Shown here: positions 60,375 to 64,000 of the stretch, piece after piece | How positions within the stretch are numbered: the first letter of the stretch is position 1 | How the letters are laid out: the number at the start of each line of letters is the position of its first letter | Assembly: GCA_943787795.1 (NCBI GenBank) | Contig: CALSNU010000001.1 | Coordinates: 864,001-928,000, forward strand | Origin: an uncultured bacterium | GTDB taxonomy: Bacteria; Planctomycetota; UBA1135; GCA-002686595 | Direction: 5' to 3' | Length of the DNA stretch: 64,000 nucleotides | Program-made: the position numbers and the translations under genes | The notes under the pieces: generated by a model | Databases searched by the model: none | What the model was told of the DNA's origin: nothing | Seen by the model: the letters and a program-made list of their open reading frames with translations, nothing else

Positions 60375-63089
60375 ATGCGCAAAGAGCCGGTCGTCTTCCT
60401 GATCTTCGCAGCCTTCGTTGGCTGGAAGTTCAATGTCATGCTCATGGACTCGGACTCCGGGAGGCGTTCTGCCAGGGTCCAGCCCAAGGACTACGTGAGC
60501 CTCCAGGTGCCTGATGTCGATCTGGCGCTGGCGGACCGCGGGCGTACTTTGGCCATGGATCGGGACCTGTTCTCGCCGCCTTCGCCCACGTCGTCGCTCC
60601 CGCCGCTCGGGGTGTTGCTCCCGCCGCTGGAGCCCATGACGGCCCTGGCCCCACCCACGGGATGGGGGCCCGATCCCGCGCTCTACGGCGAGTTTCTCCG
60701 TCGCCCGGAGCGTCGTGCGGACACCACCGTGCTGCCAGGGCTCTTCGATTCGGTGGAGGCCGCCGGCGCAGGGGACAACGTGGAGGACGCCTCCTCAGGC
60801 GAATTGGCCATGGGGCTCTCCGATGACCCCGAGGCTCGCGCGGCTCAGATCGCCGGGCTCAAGAGGGAGTTCGACTGGATCTACACGAACAAGTTCGAGT
60901 TCGGCCGCCTCCTGAACGAGAACCGCTACGAGCTCCCGGACCTCGAGGACCCCGAGCTGATCTTCCTCCCGGTCAATCCCGCGACCGGGGCGCCGATCTA
61001 CCGGACGCCGATCACTTACGTCCCGGGCCGGGTCGACGAGTTCGGGCTCGTGGACAACGCCCTCACCGAGGTCGAGGTCGGGCTCGTGCAGTTCAGCGAC
61101 CCGCTCCAACCCGGTGAATTTGAGGCCGCCCTTCAGTTCGCGGACGGCTGCCTCCTGAAGCGTAACGAGACCCCGCGCGCCCTCGAGGTGGCGGAGACGC
61201 TCTACCAACGGGCCCAGGCGATCAACCTGCAGGACGACGCGCGGCCGCGTCTCGGACTCGCCACTTGCTTCCAGCTGGGGTTCCGCTTCGAGGACGCGTA
61301 CGAGACGTACAAGTCTCTCCTGGAGAGCGGTCACGACACGAACGCGTCGATCCACGCTCGCCTTGGTGTCTTGCTGGCCCAGCTCCGCATGAAGGACGAC
61401 GCGGAGGCCAGCTTCCGCGAGGGCCTGCGCGTCGAGCGGACCAACTGGGAGGCGCGTTACTGGTACGGTCGCTTCCTGGTCCGTGAAGGCCGCACGACGG
61501 AGGCGCTCGAGCACCTCCAGGAGGCTGTCCGCCGGGAACCCAAAGGGTCCGAGGAGCGGGGAATGCGCGTCCGGATCCGACTCGCTCACGCAGGGGCGCT
61601 GCTCGGTGCAGGCAAGATGGACGAGTCCGTCACGGCCTTCGGCACCGCGCTCAGCGCGGATGTTGCCGACGAGGTCGGACTGCAGGCCGTCGCCGCCGCC
61701 GGCTCGCTGTCGGCGATGCGCTTCGCGGGCGACGCCTCCTCGCTCGCGGGGGCTGGCTTCGGCGGCGATGACGCGGCGCCCGTGGAGGGCGGCTTCGATG
61801 TCCTCCTGGCGGCGGGGCTCTTTGCCATGGACGCGGGTGAGTTCGAGGTGGCGGCCCAGACGCTGGGCCTGGCCCTCGACGCCGATCCATTCCGTCGGTT
61901 CGAGGCGCTGCGCGCCATGAGTCGTCTGGCGGAGATCACCGGGAATCGCGAGGAAGCCGTGACCTTCGCGGACGAGGCGCTGCGCGCCGCGCCCGGAGAT
62001 CCGTGGACGCTCTTTCAGCGCGGACGCCTGTACGAGCAGGACGGCGACGACTTCGAGGCCCGCGCCGCCTATCGCGCGGCGCTCGACGTGGAGCTGGATC
62101 TCGTCCCGGCCCTCGAGCGCATGGCGGCCCTGCTTCAGGCGTCCGGCGATCACGCCGGCGCAGAGCGGTACTTCGAGCGAGCTCTGACCGTGGAGACGGG
62201 AAGCGCTGTCCTCTGGTCACGGCGCGGCTGGAATGCGCTCCAGGCCGGCGACCTCAGCCGCGCGGAGATCTGCTTCGGCGAAGCACGCCGCCTGTCTCCG
62301 GCCCTGGCCTCGGCCCGCGCCGGTGTGGCCTGGTCCAACTACGTCGCCGGGGACTCGGCGGAGGCGATCACACTCTTCAGCGAGATTGTCGACGACCGGC
62401 GGGCCTCCGGAGAAGAAGACGCGATATCGGTCTACGCCAACGCCCAGGGGACGCGCATCGTGGACCACGAGTCCAAGGAGGTCTGGCTCGACCGCTTCGA
62501 CCGCGCCCCGGGCCGGGTCGGTAACGGCTGGGTCCTCGACCAGGGGTTCGGTCCCCTGGTGGATATCCGTGAAGAGGGCATCGCCATCGAGGGGCAGAAT
62601 GACCGGGGCGGGCGTACGCGAGCCTTCCGATCACTGCCGCCCGATCGCTTCCTCGCCTTCTCCTGCGTGCTGACCGTGGGGGAGAAGGCCAAGGGCACCC
62701 GGTCGGGGGTCTTCATCTCGAGCGAACGTACGCGGCCTGGTGGAGATTCACAGGTGACGGCTGAGGTGGTCATCTGCCGCAATCGGGACGGACTCCTGGA
62801 GGCCCGGGTTCAGAAGTCGCCGACCGATGAGGAGGCGAGCTTCAAGCAGGTCGTCGGGCCCGCCTGGCCCATTGGCCAGCCGATCAGGGTGGAGATCGAG
62901 AGGGTCGGGGACGACCTCGACGCCACCTTCAACATTTACATCGACGGCGAGCCCGTGGCCACCAACGTGGAATGCGACCGCCTGACGTCCTCGCGGCAGC
63001 CCATCAACTTCGGCGCCTTCGTGGGCGGCGAGGCGGGACGCCGGGCCGACCTGTTCATGGACGACGTTCGGGTCGTCCGGAGGCGCTGA
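60375..63089 (+). CDS. Large TPR-repeat protein with C-terminal beta-sandwich domain
   Basis: Multiple TPR-like helical pairs, N-terminal TM and a beta-rich C-terminus. Confidence 0.8.
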   Translation: MRKEPVVFLIFAAFVGWKFNVMLMDSDSGRRSARVQPKDYVSLQVPDVDLALADRGRTLAMDRDLFSPPSPTSSLPPLGVLLPPLEPMTALAPPTGWGPDPALYGEFLRRPERRADTTVLPGLFDSVEAAGAGDNVEDASSGELAMGLSDDPEARAAQIAGLKREFDWIYTNKFEFGRLLNENRYELPDLEDPELIFLPVNPATGAPIYRTPITYVPGRVDEFGLVDNALTEVEVGLVQFSDPLQPGEFEAALQFADGCLLKRNETPRALEVAETLYQRAQAINLQDDARPRLGLATCFQLGFRFEDAYETYKSLLESGHDTNASIHARLGVLLAQLRMKDDAEASFREGLRVERTNWEARYWYGRFLVREGRTTEALEHLQEAVRREPKGSEERGMRVRIRLAHAGALLGAGKMDESVTAFGTALSADVADEVGLQAVAAAGSLSAMRFAGDASSLAGAGFGGDDAAPVEGGFDVLLAAGLFAMDAGEFEVAAQTLGLALDADPFRRFEALRAMSRLAEITGNREEAVTFADEALRAAPGDPWTLFQRGRLYEQDGDDFEARAAYRAALDVELDLVPALERMAALLQASGDHAGAERYFERALTVETGSAVLWSRRGWNALQAGDLSRAEICFGEARRLSPALASARAGVAWSNYVAGDSAEAITLFSEIVDDRRASGEEDAISVYANAQGTRIVDHESKEVWLDRFDRAPGRVGNGWVLDQGFGPLVDIREEGIAIEGQNDRGGRTRAFRSLPPDRFLAFSCVLTVGEKAKGTRSGVFISSERTRPGGDSQVTAEVVICRNRDGLLEARVQKSPTDEEASFKQVVGPAWPIGQPIRVEIERVGDDLDATFNIYIDGEPVATNVECDRLTSSRQPINFGAFVGGEAGRRADLFMDDVRVVRRR

Positions 63090-63092
63090 TCC

Positions 63093-63752
63093 ATGCTGAC
63101 CCCTCGAATGACCCGGCGGCGGGACCCCGCGCCGGCATCCCGCGCGGGCTTCTCCCTCGTGGAGCTGCTGGCGGTGATCATCATCATCTCCCTGCTCGTC
63201 GCCTTCTTGATCCCGAACCTCCTCTCGTCTCAGGAGGCGGTGAACTCCAAGATGACGCAGACCTGGCTGGATCAGGTGTCGGCCGAGATCTCGGCCTACG
63301 AGCGAGAGAAGGGGGACTTCCCTCCCTCGACCTTCCCGCGCAAGCTCGACCCCAAGCCGAGCAAGACGAACATGGGCGTCGAATCGCTCCTGATCGCGCT
63401 CATGCCGGCGGACGGGTCGTACCTCGCCAGCGGGGACTACGGCGATCGCCTCGGGAACACCGACGGAGACGACAGCAAGAAGCCCCACTCCCGGTTCAAG
63501 AGCTCCGATGTGTTCGAGCTCTGCGATCACTGGGACAACCCGATCGCGTACCTGCATCGACGGGACTACGAGAAGGGAGGGACCTACCTGACCTATAGCG
63601 ATGAGGCCTCCGACTGGATCGAAGAGAAGGTCGTAGGTGCGGTCAACCCGACCACGGGCTCGCCGTACCGCATGGACTCGTTCCAGCTCATCTCCGCCGG
63701 CCCCGACGGGCAGTTCGGAACGCTCGACGACATCGGGAACTTCAAGCGCTGA
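63093..63752 (+). CDS. Type IV pilin/pseudopilin (GspG-like)
   Basis: Prepilin motif GFSLVELLAVIIII, 'DHWDNP' and the GspG-type end 'SAGPDGQFGTLDDIGN'. Confidence 0.9.
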   Translation: MLTPRMTRRRDPAPASRAGFSLVELLAVIIIISLLVAFLIPNLLSSQEAVNSKMTQTWLDQVSAEISAYEREKGDFPPSTFPRKLDPKPSKTNMGVESLLIALMPADGSYLASGDYGDRLGNTDGDDSKKPHSRFKSSDVFELCDHWDNPIAYLHRRDYEKGGTYLTYSDEASDWIEEKVVGAVNPTTGSPYRMDSFQLISAGPDGQFGTLDDIGNFKR

Positions 63753-63774
63753 GCCGCCGCTGACCTCGAGCCTG

Positions 63775-64000
63775 ATGCGCAATGACCTCTCCTCGCACGC
63801 GCCGGACGCGGACCTCTCCGGGCGCAATCATGTGCTCCGTGAGTTCCGTGAACTCCGGGGGGGCCGCGGAGCTGCGGGCTTCAGTCTCCTGGAGCTGCTC
63901 CTGGTCATGGCGCTCCTTGGCATCGTCATGGGGGTCGGCCTCGGCAGCTTCGCGTCCTTCGACCCGGGCCGTGGCGCGGCCCGCGGCCTCGTGGCGAATG
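63775..64000 (+). CDS. Prepilin-type protein, truncated by window end
   Basis: Manual translation gives '...AGFSLLELLLVMALLGIVMGVGLG'. Confidence 0.85.
   Translation, partial: MRNDLSSHAPDADLSGRNHVLREFRELRGGRGAAGFSLLELLLVMALLGIVMGVGLGSFASFDPGRGAARGLVAN

Overview
High-GC (roughly 70% by eye) bacterial window. It is most likely from a marine Planctomycetota of the OM190-like lineage, inferred from gene content and a recurrent C-terminal domain, not from a marker gene. At least seven genes, including prfC, are broken by single-base frame switches, which suggests an unpolished long-read assembly. Content in order: a ThrE exporter; two secreted vanadium-haloperoxidase/PAP2-like proteins; several secreted esterases and a BNR/VPS10 beta-propeller; a proteorhodopsin + retinal operon (PR-crtE-crtI-crtB-crtY-blh, DTE motif, Leu105 green type); MoxR; a sulfatase-glycosylasparaginase-ECF sigma-FecR-SASA esterase cluster; a di-haem peroxidase; a BMC satellite (three EutN/CcmL pentamers + class II aldolase, no hexamers); a metallophosphoesterase divergent from Na/Pi cotransporter-PhoU; prfC; SulP; a single-AAA Clp ATPase; a Ser/Thr kinase operon; radC; and the start of an FHA-PilMN-PilO-TPR-pilin (T4P/T2SS-like) cluster. 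Most notable signals: (1) a ~135-140 aa C-terminal domain shared by unrelated signal-peptide proteins, a candidate sorting/anchoring system; (2) TANNNT boxes 6-8 nt upstream of 11 start codons, implying widespread leaderless mRNAs; (3) the pentamer-only BMC locus; (4) the D2-only Clp ATPase with a VGF loop; (5) many short tandem repeats, including a 13-bp x8 array over a predicted promoter. No rRNA, tRNA, CRISPR array or transposase was recognised.
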